From a virus (Duplodnaviria; Heunggongvirae; Uroviricota; Caudoviricetes): a stretch of DNA of 64,000 nt. The notes under the pieces were generated by a model that was given only the letters and a program-made list of their open reading frames with translations, searched no databases and was not told where the DNA came from. The stretch lies in IMG/VR virus record IMGVR_UViG_3300012348_000120. One strand, 5' to 3'. Both the position numbers and the translations under genes were made by a program. The first letter of the stretch is position 1. Every line of letters starts with the position of its first letter. This document shows positions 30,970 to 39,890 of this stretch, in pieces.

Positions 30970-32295
30970 CTATTTTGCGTAGTAAGCATGTTCGCCAAAC
31001 GGCGGAACGATACGATCATTGCCATGAATGACAAACAGCGTATCGCAGTAGTGTTCATCGCCCCAAGAGCCGAAAGGATACCCATCGGTAAACATCACAA
31101 ACTTATGAGGTTGGATGTCGTTTTCTTCCATAAAGGTCCAGTTGCACACAAAGTCGGTGCCGCCGCAACCAATGATCTGGTAATCATTGATTTCGTCAGC
31201 ATTCATAGGAGTAAACTCCTTGAACGATTCTTCGTATACACGAGTATCAAACGTCCAAACCCGAAGGCGGAAATCTTGGAACTGAGTCATAATCCCTTGG
31301 ATTTCACCCATAAAATCCTGAAGCATATCGTGGGAGATAGAACCAGACACGTCCAGACCAATGCAAACATCAACCATTTGATCAGGGTCTTGAGCAGGAA
31401 GATAGATGCCCATCGACCGAGATTTTTTGGATTGACGCATCCAAGTATAGTCATTCTTCAGGCAGCTTTGAACACTCAGGTTCAGAAGTTCGCGCCAGTC
31501 CATCTTGGGTTCAGTCATAGACTGGATCAGACGACGAATTTCACCTGGGGTATTGCCAGCACCAGCCGATTGAGCAGCTTGAAGAACTGCTTGGCGCATT
31601 TGATCCTTGATTGCCTTAGCTTCTTCCTTGGTAATCTTGATCGGACCACTACGCCCAGTCGGATCATTCTTCATCTTGCCATCTTGGCCATCACCATCGG
31701 TGCCTTCGTTACCAAACAAGTGCATATCAAGCGTTTGCTTGCCCTTGCCCTCACCAGATTCTTTTAGTTTCTGGTAGATTTCTTCCGTATACATACCATG
31801 ATATTTACGGTCAAACAGTGCAGATTTCGGCATTTTACCGATGTTGCTTTCAACGCAGCCTTGGTTGACTTTGTAGTCAGCAGCAACGTTCCAAAGTTGC
31901 GGGTCACGATCAGCTTCAGCATAGTCAAACAGACGCCCACCCTCGCCGCAATGCGAGTATACGCAGTGAAGAACTTCATGGCCAACCACGAAGTCAATTT
32001 CTTCTGGCGTCAAGGTGCGGAAGAAGTTTGGATTGTAATAGAAATGCTTGCCATCAACCGCAGCCGTGGGACACCAGCCCTCAGTTTCAACCAGTTTCAG
32101 ACGAGTTGCCAACGTGCCAAAGAACGGATGTTTGATCAACATACGAACACGGCCAGAAACGATCATTTCTTTGACCGCCGCATCAGTATATTGAAACACA
32201 ACGGGTTCAGCCGAATTAGGGTCGACTTCAATGCCGTTCTTTTCAAGAACATCATCAAGAAGATCGTCAAGAGTTTTTGCGGGTTGATTCGACAT
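30970..32295 (-). CDS. metallopeptidase-like plus VWA domain protein (DUF2201 type)
   Basis: HEVLH (HExxH), DVSGS MIDAS, GGTDF and TDG. Confidence 0.85.
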   Translation of the reverse strand: MSNQPAKTLDDLLDDVLEKNGIEVDPNSAEPVVFQYTDAAVKEMIVSGRVRMLIKHPFFGTLATRLKLVETEGWCPTAAVDGKHFYYNPNFFRTLTPEEIDFVVGHEVLHCVYSHCGEGGRLFDYAEADRDPQLWNVAADYKVNQGCVESNIGKMPKSALFDRKYHGMYTEEIYQKLKESGEGKGKQTLDMHLFGNEGTDGDGQDGKMKNDPTGRSGPIKITKEEAKAIKDQMRQAVLQAAQSAGAGNTPGEIRRLIQSMTEPKMDWRELLNLSVQSCLKNDYTWMRQSKKSRSMGIYLPAQDPDQMVDVCIGLDVSGSISHDMLQDFMGEIQGIMTQFQDFRLRVWTFDTRVYEESFKEFTPMNADEINDYQIIGCGGTDFVCNWTFMEENDIQPHKFVMFTDGYPFGSWGDEHYCDTLFVIHGNDRIVPPFGEHAYYAK

Positions 32296-32424
32296 GGGTA
32301 TACCTTTCTTGTTTCTACTCTAACACTATAACCCATAATGGGATGGAGAGTCAAGTTTTATTTGTAAGTTACAAAGTAAAGTAACTTAGAAAAGATTAGA
32401 GGGGCCGAAGCCCCTCTAAGTTGA

Positions 32425-33552
32425 TCAGGCATTGTGGGCTTCGATGATCAGCTTGCCATACTTCTTGAAGAAGTCACCGATGCAAGGAACCTTGCGGGGT
32501 TCCAGAGGCAGCTTGTAAACCTTGAGAGCCGTGCGACCGCCAAGGACAGTCATTTCGGTATCAAAGTTTTCCATCATGAAGCGGAAGAAGTTTTCCGCCA
32601 TCTCGTAGAGTTTGTCCATATCGTTCTTGCCGTTCTTTTCAACAAACTCTTTCAGTTCGTAGCAGAGCGAAGCAGTCAGAGAGAACATCGCAGAGATTTC
32701 GTTGCTACCCTTGGGCAGATGCTTCACACGGCCTTCAAGAATGTCGGTCGGGTTGGGCATCGCTTGCGCCATCTGGCGGTGAGCCATAAACTTGGTGGCA
32801 ACACCATCACCAACCGTGCCAGCGAGAAGATCGTGCAGACGGTGATTGCTGATGTTCTCGTCTTCTTTCGGCAGAAGGTCCGAAACGAAGGTCCAAGAAC
32901 GCGGGGTCGAGAACGACCGAGAAGCAGTCCGAGGATCAAAGTTGAACAGGTCCATCTTGTTGGAAGTCAAGTAACCGACAACTTCTGGGTGAATGCGATG
33001 TTCCATCGCCCAAGTCTGCCAGTCTTCAAAGTCCACAGTGATTTCCAAGTGGACAAAGCGGTTGGCGAGAGGCGAAGGCATACGATATGCAACACCACGG
33101 TCGCTTTCACGGTTGCCAGCAGCAACGATCAGAACGTTGTCGGGCAGCTTATACGAACCAAGTCGGCGGTTCAGAATAAGTTGGTAAGCAGCGGCTTGCA
33201 CCGACTGAGGTGCTTGGTTCATTTCGTCAAGGAACAGAACCACATTTTCATACTGGGATGCCAGTTCTTCATCGGGAAGATCGGAAGGTTCAGCCCATTC
33301 CATCTTGCCAGTCACTTCGTTGAAGTGAGGAATACCGCGAAGGTCGGTCGGTTCCATCAGAGCCAGACGAAGGTCGATCATGTAACCGTTGATTTCTTGC
33401 GTGATGCTTTCAACGATTTCGGACTTGCCAACACCGGGCGGACCCCAGATGAACACGGGGCGCTTGCGGCGGAACGCATACGCGATTTCAGCTTTCAGAT
33501 CGCTCGGCTTGGTGAGACGAACTTCCATATCTGCGGTAGAAACTTTAGCCAT
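32425..33552 (-). CDS. MoxR-like AAA+ ATPase
   Basis: GPPGVGKS, LFLDE, AAGN, LANRF and TPRSW. Confidence 0.9.
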   Translation of the reverse strand: MAKVSTADMEVRLTKPSDLKAEIAYAFRRKRPVFIWGPPGVGKSEIVESITQEINGYMIDLRLALMEPTDLRGIPHFNEVTGKMEWAEPSDLPDEELASQYENVVLFLDEMNQAPQSVQAAAYQLILNRRLGSYKLPDNVLIVAAGNRESDRGVAYRMPSPLANRFVHLEITVDFEDWQTWAMEHRIHPEVVGYLTSNKMDLFNFDPRTASRSFSTPRSWTFVSDLLPKEDENISNHRLHDLLAGTVGDGVATKFMAHRQMAQAMPNPTDILEGRVKHLPKGSNEISAMFSLTASLCYELKEFVEKNGKNDMDKLYEMAENFFRFMMENFDTEMTVLGGRTALKVYKLPLEPRKVPCIGDFFKKYGKLIIEAHNA

Positions 33553-33593
33553 TGGTGAGAACCTTTCTGATTTGTCTCGGTGATTACTGTTTG

Positions 33594-33698
33594 ATATTAG
33601 CTGATTCTGTTGAAGAAGTCAAGAGGGTTTTTTCTGTCTGCTTCTTCTTTTTTTCGTCGCTACAGGATTGTTATACCCTGATTCGCGGGGATTGTCAA
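33594..33698 (-). promoter_or_regulatory. two tandem sigma70-type promoters with GANTC in the spacer
   Basis: TTGACA-atccccgcGAATCaggg-TATAAC and TTGACT-tcttcaacaGAATCagc-TAATAT. Confidence 0.75.
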
Positions 33699-34111
33699 AC
33701 ACTTTCTTCAAGAGAAGCGAGAACTTCATCAATCGCTTCTTGAATAGGGAACGAGTTTTTGACGGAATAATTGAGGTTGAAATTGAAGCAGAAGTAATCT
33801 GCGCCATACATCAGATCAAATTTGGTAAACTTTTCGCCCTGAATAATCCACTTGATTGCAGTGACAACATCGCCAGCACCAAGGTTCATGGTTTCATGAA
33901 CCAAGTCGGTAAACGTGGCAAGAGCAGCAGCGTCAGCGAGTTTTTCGGTTTCAATCGACCGTTCAAGATCATCAAGAAGTGTATTCCAAGCGGCTTGCTT
34001 GCCTTCATCATTTTGGAAATTCCAGCAATCCCACCAGCCCGAAGTGGGTCGAGAACCGTAGGCATCTTTGTGAAGATCACTGACGATACTTTCATCAAAC
34101 GTATAAGCCAT
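33695..34111 (-). CDS. hypothetical early phage protein
   Basis: SDLHKDAYGSRP motif; start at MAYTF after a GAGG SD. Confidence 0.75.
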   Translation of the reverse strand: MAYTFDESIVSDLHKDAYGSRPTSGWWDCWNFQNDEGKQAAWNTLLDDLERSIETEKLADAAALATFTDLVHETMNLGAGDVVTAIKWIIQGEKFTKFDLMYGADYFCFNFNLNYSVKNSFPIQEAIDEVLASLEESV

Positions 34112-34139
34112 CTTGCTTTCCTCTCTTGGATACATGATG

Positions 34140-34168
34140 ACTATATGGTGATTCTATGATCTTGTCAA
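34140..34168 (-). promoter_or_regulatory. sigma70-type promoter with GANTC in the spacer
   Basis: TTGACA-agatcataGAATCacca-TATAGT. Confidence 0.75.
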
Positions 34169-34171
34169 CAT

Positions 34172-34546
34172 CTATTTTTCATAAAATGATTTTATTTCTA
34201 CCCAGTCATCAAGGTTGGCGTCAAGCATTAGAAACTCACTAGCAACTATTTCTTCAAATACGATGAGTTTGTTTACTGGACTGAGGAAATATGGGCTTAC
34301 CATGTATTTGTCAAGCATCAGTATTTGTTTGCCAGATGTTCTTGGGATTTTTGTTGTTAGTTGAATAGTGTATGATTGAAAAACCTTGGCAAGTATATCT
34401 TTGCCAAGAGTGGTAAGGCGAAAGTGCTTCATATCATCATACGAATATATAAAAATGTCGTTTATATCAAAATTTTTCTTGCCCGTCTTTTTTCCGGCAA
34501 GTGTTGAGTTTACTACGTTCAACACATTTGTTTTACTCAGAATCAT
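34172..34546 (-). CDS. hypothetical protein
   Basis: 124-aa ORF overlapping the upstream gene. Confidence 0.7.
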   Translation of the reverse strand: MILSKTNVLNVVNSTLAGKKTGKKNFDINDIFIYSYDDMKHFRLTTLGKDILAKVFQSYTIQLTTKIPRTSGKQILMLDKYMVSPYFLSPVNKLIVFEEIVASEFLMLDANLDDWVEIKSFYEK

Positions 34547-34832
34547 CTAAGTTCAACTTAGTTCCCTGAGTAAGAACATAAACTTCAAAGCCTTCTGTCT
34601 TGAACAGTTTATTCAATCTTTGCGCCAAGTTTATCGCATGCCCAGAATTAGAGAATGAGACTTTTTTATATTTTGGACCTGGGATGTTTACCAAAGAATT
34701 GAGACTGCGAATATTGATAGGTTCACCATCAAAGAATACAGCGTAAATCGCATCTGCTTGTAAAACTTGTTCACTGCGATATGATCGTGAATCCGTATGT
34801 TCAAGAATTATCGTCGGTTTTGGTCGCGCCAT
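34533..34832 (-). CDS. hypothetical phage protein
   Basis: MARPKP...GPKYKKVSFSNSGHA; ATAAATA upstream. Confidence 0.8.
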   Translation of the reverse strand: MARPKPTIILEHTDSRSYRSEQVLQADAIYAVFFDGEPINIRSLNSLVNIPGPKYKKVSFSNSGHAINLAQRLNKLFKTEGFEVYVLTQGTKLNLDDSE

Positions 34833-34892
34833 CGTTACATCCCTCTGGTCATTATTATATATGTATTTATTACTTTTGTGGATTTAGAGAGA

Positions 34893-35081
34893 CTATTTGA
34901 ACCTTCCGCCATCAATAATTCGCGGACCTTTTGGTGTTTGGCAATCTTTGAGTTCAAGTAGTAATAATCCAATAGCAGCATTAAGTTTATTCGCCTCATC
35001 GATTGACAGGCGAATATCTTTATCTTTTTTTAAGTTAGATCGTTGGACAAGGGCGATAAAGTCTTGAATTGGCTTACTCAT
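34893..35081 (-). CDS. hypothetical protein
   Basis: 62 aa ending IIDGGRFK; ATAAATA upstream. Confidence 0.65.
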   Translation of the reverse strand: MSKPIQDFIALVQRSNLKKDKDIRLSIDEANKLNAAIGLLLLELKDCQTPKGPRIIDGGRFK

Positions 35082-35120
35082 ATGTTTATTTATGAAAAAA
35101 CCCGCCGAAGCGGGTTTAGT

Positions 35121-36122
35121 TTAGCGAACTGGATATGGCTTACTTAGAATTCTTGCCATTTCATCTGGTGCTTTGGCAAGGTTTTGCAAGTCCCATTCTC
35201 CGCACCATTTCAAGAAATGAATACCAACACTCTTATTTTCCTTCACTACGGAGAGTGCATTGATGGTATTGATAAACTCATTTCGTAGTTCTTCTGGTTG
35301 ACTGGTAAGATCAATCAGAGTTTTGTTACGCTCGTAGTCTGCCTTGACAGTGTGCTCTATTCCGTTGTGATCAGTCCAACGCTGAAGCATAAAGTTGTTC
35401 CAATTGAACCCACCAGTGTTACGATCAGAGAATGCTTCTTGAATACCGATCTTATTCTTGGTTCCTTTGAGACGTGCGCCTGGATATGCTGAAAACACAT
35501 TATCACTTGTGTCACCACGAATGCATTTCTCAAATAGCAGCCATTCTGGGTCGGGCGCTACAAGTTTTTCCTTTGTCTTTTTATCAACAATAGGGGTCAT
35601 ATTCTTGTCGTCTTTGAAAAAGCCCTCTGTGGTGATGATACGATTTTGCACTCCGTCATAGATTTTTACGTTGGGTGCGAGTAGTTGCATATAGTCACTG
35701 TCGCTGGAAATGATGATATGATCGTCATCTGGATGACTTTCAATGAACAGTGCAATCATATCATCTGCTTCTGCATTCTGATGACGAAGAAGAGTTACGT
35801 TTGTTTTCTGGTCAAGAAACTGAATGAGGCTGTCATATGCCTCAAACATGATCTTGTCTTCTTCTTGCTCACGAAGGCTCTTGGCTTCTTGCGCTACTTT
35901 GCGATGTGCCTTGTATGGCGCATAGAATTGTTTGCGCCAGCTTTTTCCTTCCAGACAAAATACTGCGTGTTCTGCATTGAACTTGTTGTAGCACATCTTC
36001 ACACTATTCATCATAATGTGAAATGCCATGCCGATTTTCATATCAATGTCTGCATTGCGCATCGCTACATGTTTTGCGCGATGATACATATTGAAACTGT
36101 CAACCAAGATAAAAGTAGTCAT
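35121..36122 (-). CDS. rnh: T4-type RNase H / 5'-3' exonuclease
   Basis: ILVD, SWRK...YKAHR, EADD, SSDSDY and GDTSDNV. Confidence 0.9.
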   Translation of the reverse strand: MTTFILVDSFNMYHRAKHVAMRNADIDMKIGMAFHIMMNSVKMCYNKFNAEHAVFCLEGKSWRKQFYAPYKAHRKVAQEAKSLREQEEDKIMFEAYDSLIQFLDQKTNVTLLRHQNAEADDMIALFIESHPDDDHIIISSDSDYMQLLAPNVKIYDGVQNRIITTEGFFKDDKNMTPIVDKKTKEKLVAPDPEWLLFEKCIRGDTSDNVFSAYPGARLKGTKNKIGIQEAFSDRNTGGFNWNNFMLQRWTDHNGIEHTVKADYERNKTLIDLTSQPEELRNEFINTINALSVVKENKSVGIHFLKWCGEWDLQNLAKAPDEMARILSKPYPVR

Positions 36123-36131
36123 ATATTCCTC

Positions 36132-36746
36132 TTATGAGTATTCTGAGAAGTCAGCATTAACTTTCAGACGTTGGACCAACTGGCCTTCTTTACTTTCAGT
36201 CAGAAAACTTTTTGGGTTTCCCTTTTCGTCAACCATATCTTCAAGCACGATATTCTTGCATAGGTCGCTGAACCATTCGTTTACAATTTCTTCTGGTTCG
36301 ATTCCATTGTATCCGTTGTTAGCTAAGTATTCCACGAAATGCTCATTAAAGTCAAGCTCAAAATAGCCATTACTTGGATTTTTATTGTCAAAATCTATGT
36401 TAAGAACTGCAACATATGGCTCATTGTTTAGGTCAGCAAGTTTATGGTCATATTGTTGCTTGTTGATCACTTGGTGATCAAGATCAATCGATAACTTTGC
36501 ACGTGTAAGTTCATCTTCATCCTTGATTAGCAATTCTGATTCTTTAATCGCAAACTCATATGGGCTGATCTTTCCGTATTCACGATCAATGTTTAGATGG
36601 CGAAACTTGCGATCTTCTTCATTGGACATCATATCTGCCAATGCTCGGTCTTTTGTTTCACCAGAAAGAGTTGCCTCAATCAGTTTTATCTTCTTTTCTT
36701 GTTCTGGTAGAAACCAGTTCCGTGGGTTTAAATAAATTCCTAACAT
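36132..36746 (-). CDS. hypothetical phage protein
   Basis: 204-aa ORF within the operon. Confidence 0.75.
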   Translation of the reverse strand: MLGIYLNPRNWFLPEQEKKIKLIEATLSGETKDRALADMMSNEEDRKFRHLNIDREYGKISPYEFAIKESELLIKDEDELTRAKLSIDLDHQVINKQQYDHKLADLNNEPYVAVLNIDFDNKNPSNGYFELDFNEHFVEYLANNGYNGIEPEEIVNEWFSDLCKNIVLEDMVDEKGNPKSFLTESKEGQLVQRLKVNADFSEYS

Positions 36747-36747
36747 A

Positions 36748-37836
36748 TTACCATCCTATCCGTTCCCAAGGAACGTCTTTATTTCCAAAGTGACCATATA
36801 CACAGTTCTTACTATACTCAGTAAAGTTAAACAAATCAAAGCGGTCAATGATGCCTTTTGGTGATAGGTCGATTTCTTTTCGAATGAAACGTTCAATTGA
36901 CGCATTATGTCCATTGCTTGATACGTAAATTGAGGTTGGTTGTTTTACACCAATAGCATAAGACAACTGAATTTGGCACCAATCTGCCATATCATCTGCG
37001 ACAACGTTCTTTGCCAACCATCTTGCCATATATGCAGCAGAACGGTCAACCTTGGTTGGGTCTTTCCCAGAGAATGCGCCACCACCATGTGGTGCAAATC
37101 CACCGTATGTATCCACAATTATCTTACGTCCAGTAACGCCCGCATCACCATCTGGACCACCGATGACAAAGTTTCCTGTTGGATTAATATGCCAAACAGT
37201 ATTTTCATCGATCAGGTTTCCCAATACTTTTTGTGCAGCTTGCTTGATCGGAGTCTTGATACTATGCTGAAAGCCTTGTTTGTGTTGATGGCTTACAACG
37301 ATCTGGTCAACTCGTTTTACGCGCCCACCCTCGTATTGCACACTTACTTGGCTTTTTGCGTCTTGCAAAAAGAAGTCATACCCATCAAGACGCATGGCTT
37401 TTAACTCTTTTAGAATCTCATGCGAGTAGTAGATTGGAGCGGGAAGATATGCACCATTCTCATTAGAGGCATATCCAAACATAATGCCTTGGTCGCCAGC
37501 ACCGAAGTCATCTGTCCCAAGCGCAATATCTGCACTTTGATTGTGAATACGGTTTACAATTTCAAGATTGTTCCAGTGAAAACCATCTTGTTCGTATCCT
37601 ATTTCTTTTACTTTGTTTCTTACGATTTCGTTGATTTCATCATTTGACACGTTGAAGTTTTTTACTTCTCCTGCCAAGGCAACAAAGTTTGTCGTAACCA
37701 TTGTTTCAATAGCTACACGTGTTGACGAATTTCCTGTCTTCAAACCAGCATCTACCAGTGCATCACTGATTTGGTCTGCTACTTTATCTGGGTGTCCGTC
37801 ACTCACACTTTCACTCGTAAAGATGTAGTTATTCAT
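36748..37836 (-). CDS. metK: S-adenosylmethionine synthetase
   Basis: FTSESVSDGHPDK, GAGDQG and GRKIIVDTYGG...GGGAFSGKDPTKVDRS. Confidence 0.97.
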   Translation of the reverse strand: MNNYIFTSESVSDGHPDKVADQISDALVDAGLKTGNSSTRVAIETMVTTNFVALAGEVKNFNVSNDEINEIVRNKVKEIGYEQDGFHWNNLEIVNRIHNQSADIALGTDDFGAGDQGIMFGYASNENGAYLPAPIYYSHEILKELKAMRLDGYDFFLQDAKSQVSVQYEGGRVKRVDQIVVSHQHKQGFQHSIKTPIKQAAQKVLGNLIDENTVWHINPTGNFVIGGPDGDAGVTGRKIIVDTYGGFAPHGGGAFSGKDPTKVDRSAAYMARWLAKNVVADDMADWCQIQLSYAIGVKQPTSIYVSSNGHNASIERFIRKEIDLSPKGIIDRFDLFNFTEYSKNCVYGHFGNKDVPWERIGW

Positions 37837-38002
37837 AGTTTATCCTTTGTGTTATATCTTCAATAATGAAGTCTTCATTTCTTGAAGATTGCCGCAACGT
37901 GAATGTAGTTCCGGTTTTGTTCAAAATGTTTTGAATACGGTTGAGGCGTTCAACCGTATTCTTTAACTCGGTTACCATTCTTTCTACTCTGGGTTCTTTC
38001 AT
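37829..38002 (-). CDS. small hypothetical protein
   Basis: Short ORF (start near MKEPR) overlapping the metK start. Confidence 0.55.
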   Translation of the reverse strand: MKEPRVERMVTELKNTVERLNRIQNILNKTGTTFTLRQSSRNEDFIIEDITQRINYE

Positions 38003-38013
38003 TGTTGAAGACC

Positions 38014-38352
38014 TCACAGAGTTAGAAATTCTCGTTGGCAAATTGTGGTAATTGATTCTGTTAGTTCTTCCGAACTTGATATGACATATAATTGAGATGC
38101 AGTTTCATCTTTTTTATAGTCATACTTATAGAATTCTAAAATGTAACCGCCACTTGCAGAGAATATTTTGAAGTTCAATTTCGGTGATGCATGTAGATCA
38201 TTATTGGAACCAGACACCTGTGGAAATGAACTTGCATCTAATCCAATTGATTTAGTATTAGCAACATGCTTATTATAAAGTCTGGCTATTAATTTTTGAA
38301 ACATTGTCATATTTGACTTTCTATTTTTATTTTTTGCGTATACTTTGCGCAT
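38014..38352 (-). CDS. hypothetical protein
   Basis: Start at MRKVY after AGGAG. Confidence 0.7.
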   Translation of the reverse strand: MRKVYAKNKNRKSNMTMFQKLIARLYNKHVANTKSIGLDASSFPQVSGSNNDLHASPKLNFKIFSASGGYILEFYKYDYKKDETASQLYVISSSEELTESITTICQREFLTL

Positions 38353-38368
38353 ATAATCTCCTATGAGG

Positions 38369-38561
38369 ACGAGGATGATTCCAGCCAATCATCCTCGTTT
38401 ATGCTCTCACTCTATTATATAGGGCTGGCAATAGTAGAGCATTATAGGCGCAAAATGCGCCACTTACCTAACACGCTCACGGCGATGCAGTCAAGTGCAT
38501 AGCGGGGGAATCACCATACATCATACGTATAGAGGATTGTATCGGCTTCCTATTAGGTAAG
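38369..38561 (-). ncRNA. unclassified structured RNA or leader with a kissing loop
   Basis: Perfect 12-bp stem whose loop is complementary to a second loop; 9-bp stem closing a multiloop. Confidence 0.55.
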
Positions 38562-38563
38562 AT

Positions 38564-38758
38564 TTACTCAACCAGTAGTTCACGTTCCAGTCGTTCAATT
38601 TCTTCTTTCAAATGTAGCTTATCATGCTTCATCTGAACGATTTTATCGTCAGACACACGTTCATCATAACATACTTTAATGCGAGAATCAAGGTTGTTAT
38701 GCTTCTCTCGCAATACTTTTAGGTGTGATAGTTTCTTTTCACGCTTATTTTCAGTCAT
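38564..38758 (-). CDS. YdcH/DUF465-like coiled-coil protein
   Basis: LREKHNNLD...MKHDKLHLKEEI. Confidence 0.7.
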   Translation of the reverse strand: MTENKREKKLSHLKVLREKHNNLDSRIKVCYDERVSDDKIVQMKHDKLHLKEEIERLERELLVE

Positions 38759-39102
38759 TATGCTTTTTCCTTATTTGAAGGGTCTTTGACCAACGCCAGC
38801 ATTGCGTCAAAATGTAGTTTTGCTTGTAGCAATGCTGGATATTCCTCCATCAACTGATTTAGTTGATTTTCTTCTTCCATCTTTTTCATAGCCCAATCTA
38901 ATGCACGTTGTGTGGCGGGGGCCATCGCTATATGTGTCCCCCCATTGATTGGGTTCCAACTACTACCATTGAATACTAACAATGTGTTATAGTCCGCTCT
39001 TACATCTCCAGGGCGGTTATGCTGTGAAACTGATTTGTCAGCATATGTTGTATAGTATGACGATGAAGTCACTATATGCTTATCAGAATACAGATTGATC
39101 AC
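38758..39102 (-). CDS. hypothetical phage protein
   Basis: 114 aa with VFNGSSW and ALDWA motifs. Confidence 0.7.
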   Translation of the reverse strand: MINLYSDKHIVTSSSYYTTYADKSVSQHNRPGDVRADYNTLLVFNGSSWNPINGGTHIAMAPATQRALDWAMKKMEEENQLNQLMEEYPALLQAKLHFDAMLALVKDPSNKEKA

Positions 39103-39104
39103 TG

Positions 39105-39860
39105 TTAGTTTCCAGTTTTTGCAGGAAGAATGTAGTCATATACGCCAAGACCAGAGTCAACCTGAATCATCATCGCACCCTGATCAGAGAACTTGATGGT
39201 CATGTTGCTTGTGTCTGCAAGGCGAAGAATAGTGTTTACTGTGCGCAATGGATACGACCAAGCTGCTTTCAACTCGCCAGATACATTAAGTGCAAATGGC
39301 AAGTCTACCTTGTCAGTTCCGTTGCTTCCGATTGAGAAAATAAGATTACCATTTACTTTCTTCACAGTGAACAGAGAGTCGTTTCCACCAAGAACACCAT
39401 CAAAGTAACGAAGGTCATTTACTGCTTTCTGAGTTGGCATAAACTCAACGTCCCACTTTGCACCTTTGAAGTTTGCGGTCTTGATTTGATCATCAACCAC
39501 TTCGCTACGAATGAGACGGTAGTTTGATTCAAACCCACCATTCATCTTGAATGAGATGCTTGCAGGAGAGGCTTCTCCATTGCGTTCTTCTTTGTTGACT
39601 ACAATGTCGGCGTCAACTTTTTTGCCTTCGGTATCTTCGCCAGAGTAGTTCAAGTATCCCTGAAGGACAGAAAGACGCCCAAATCCAACCTTGCCAGTGA
39701 GTGCATCCACTTTGTTATGTAGACGCCCTTTGAGAACGACTGAACGATTGTCGTCAAGTGCGTCAATTTTTGTTTCGTCACCCTCTGTGGTGACTTTCAC
39801 CGCTTGGATAATACCAAGTGAATGAGTATGTTTTACTATGTCTTTTAGAATATCACGCAT
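39105..39860 (-). CDS. DNA sliding clamp (gp45-like)
   Basis: About 250 aa near polB; C-terminal IKFSDQGAMMIQVDSG..YDYILPA. Confidence 0.75.
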   Translation of the reverse strand: MRDILKDIVKHTHSLGIIQAVKVTTEGDETKIDALDDNRSVVLKGRLHNKVDALTGKVGFGRLSVLQGYLNYSGEDTEGKKVDADIVVNKEERNGEASPASISFKMNGGFESNYRLIRSEVVDDQIKTANFKGAKWDVEFMPTQKAVNDLRYFDGVLGGNDSLFTVKKVNGNLIFSIGSNGTDKVDLPFALNVSGELKAAWSYPLRTVNTILRLADTSNMTIKFSDQGAMMIQVDSGLGVYDYILPAKTGN

Positions 39861-39890
39861 ATTGTGCTCCATTTATATTTCCTCAGTATA

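Noticed and set aside
32434-33558. 374-aa plus-strand ORF (also 30988-31767, 52894-53679, 55516-56148)
   Set aside because: These are antisense shadows of well-supported minus-strand genes, explained by codon bias, and they show no motifs.
38369-38561. Known SAM-SAH or cobalamin riboswitch
   Set aside because: CGGCTTCCT lies on the wrong strand without its stem, and cobalamin-like words lack the conserved order and B12 box.
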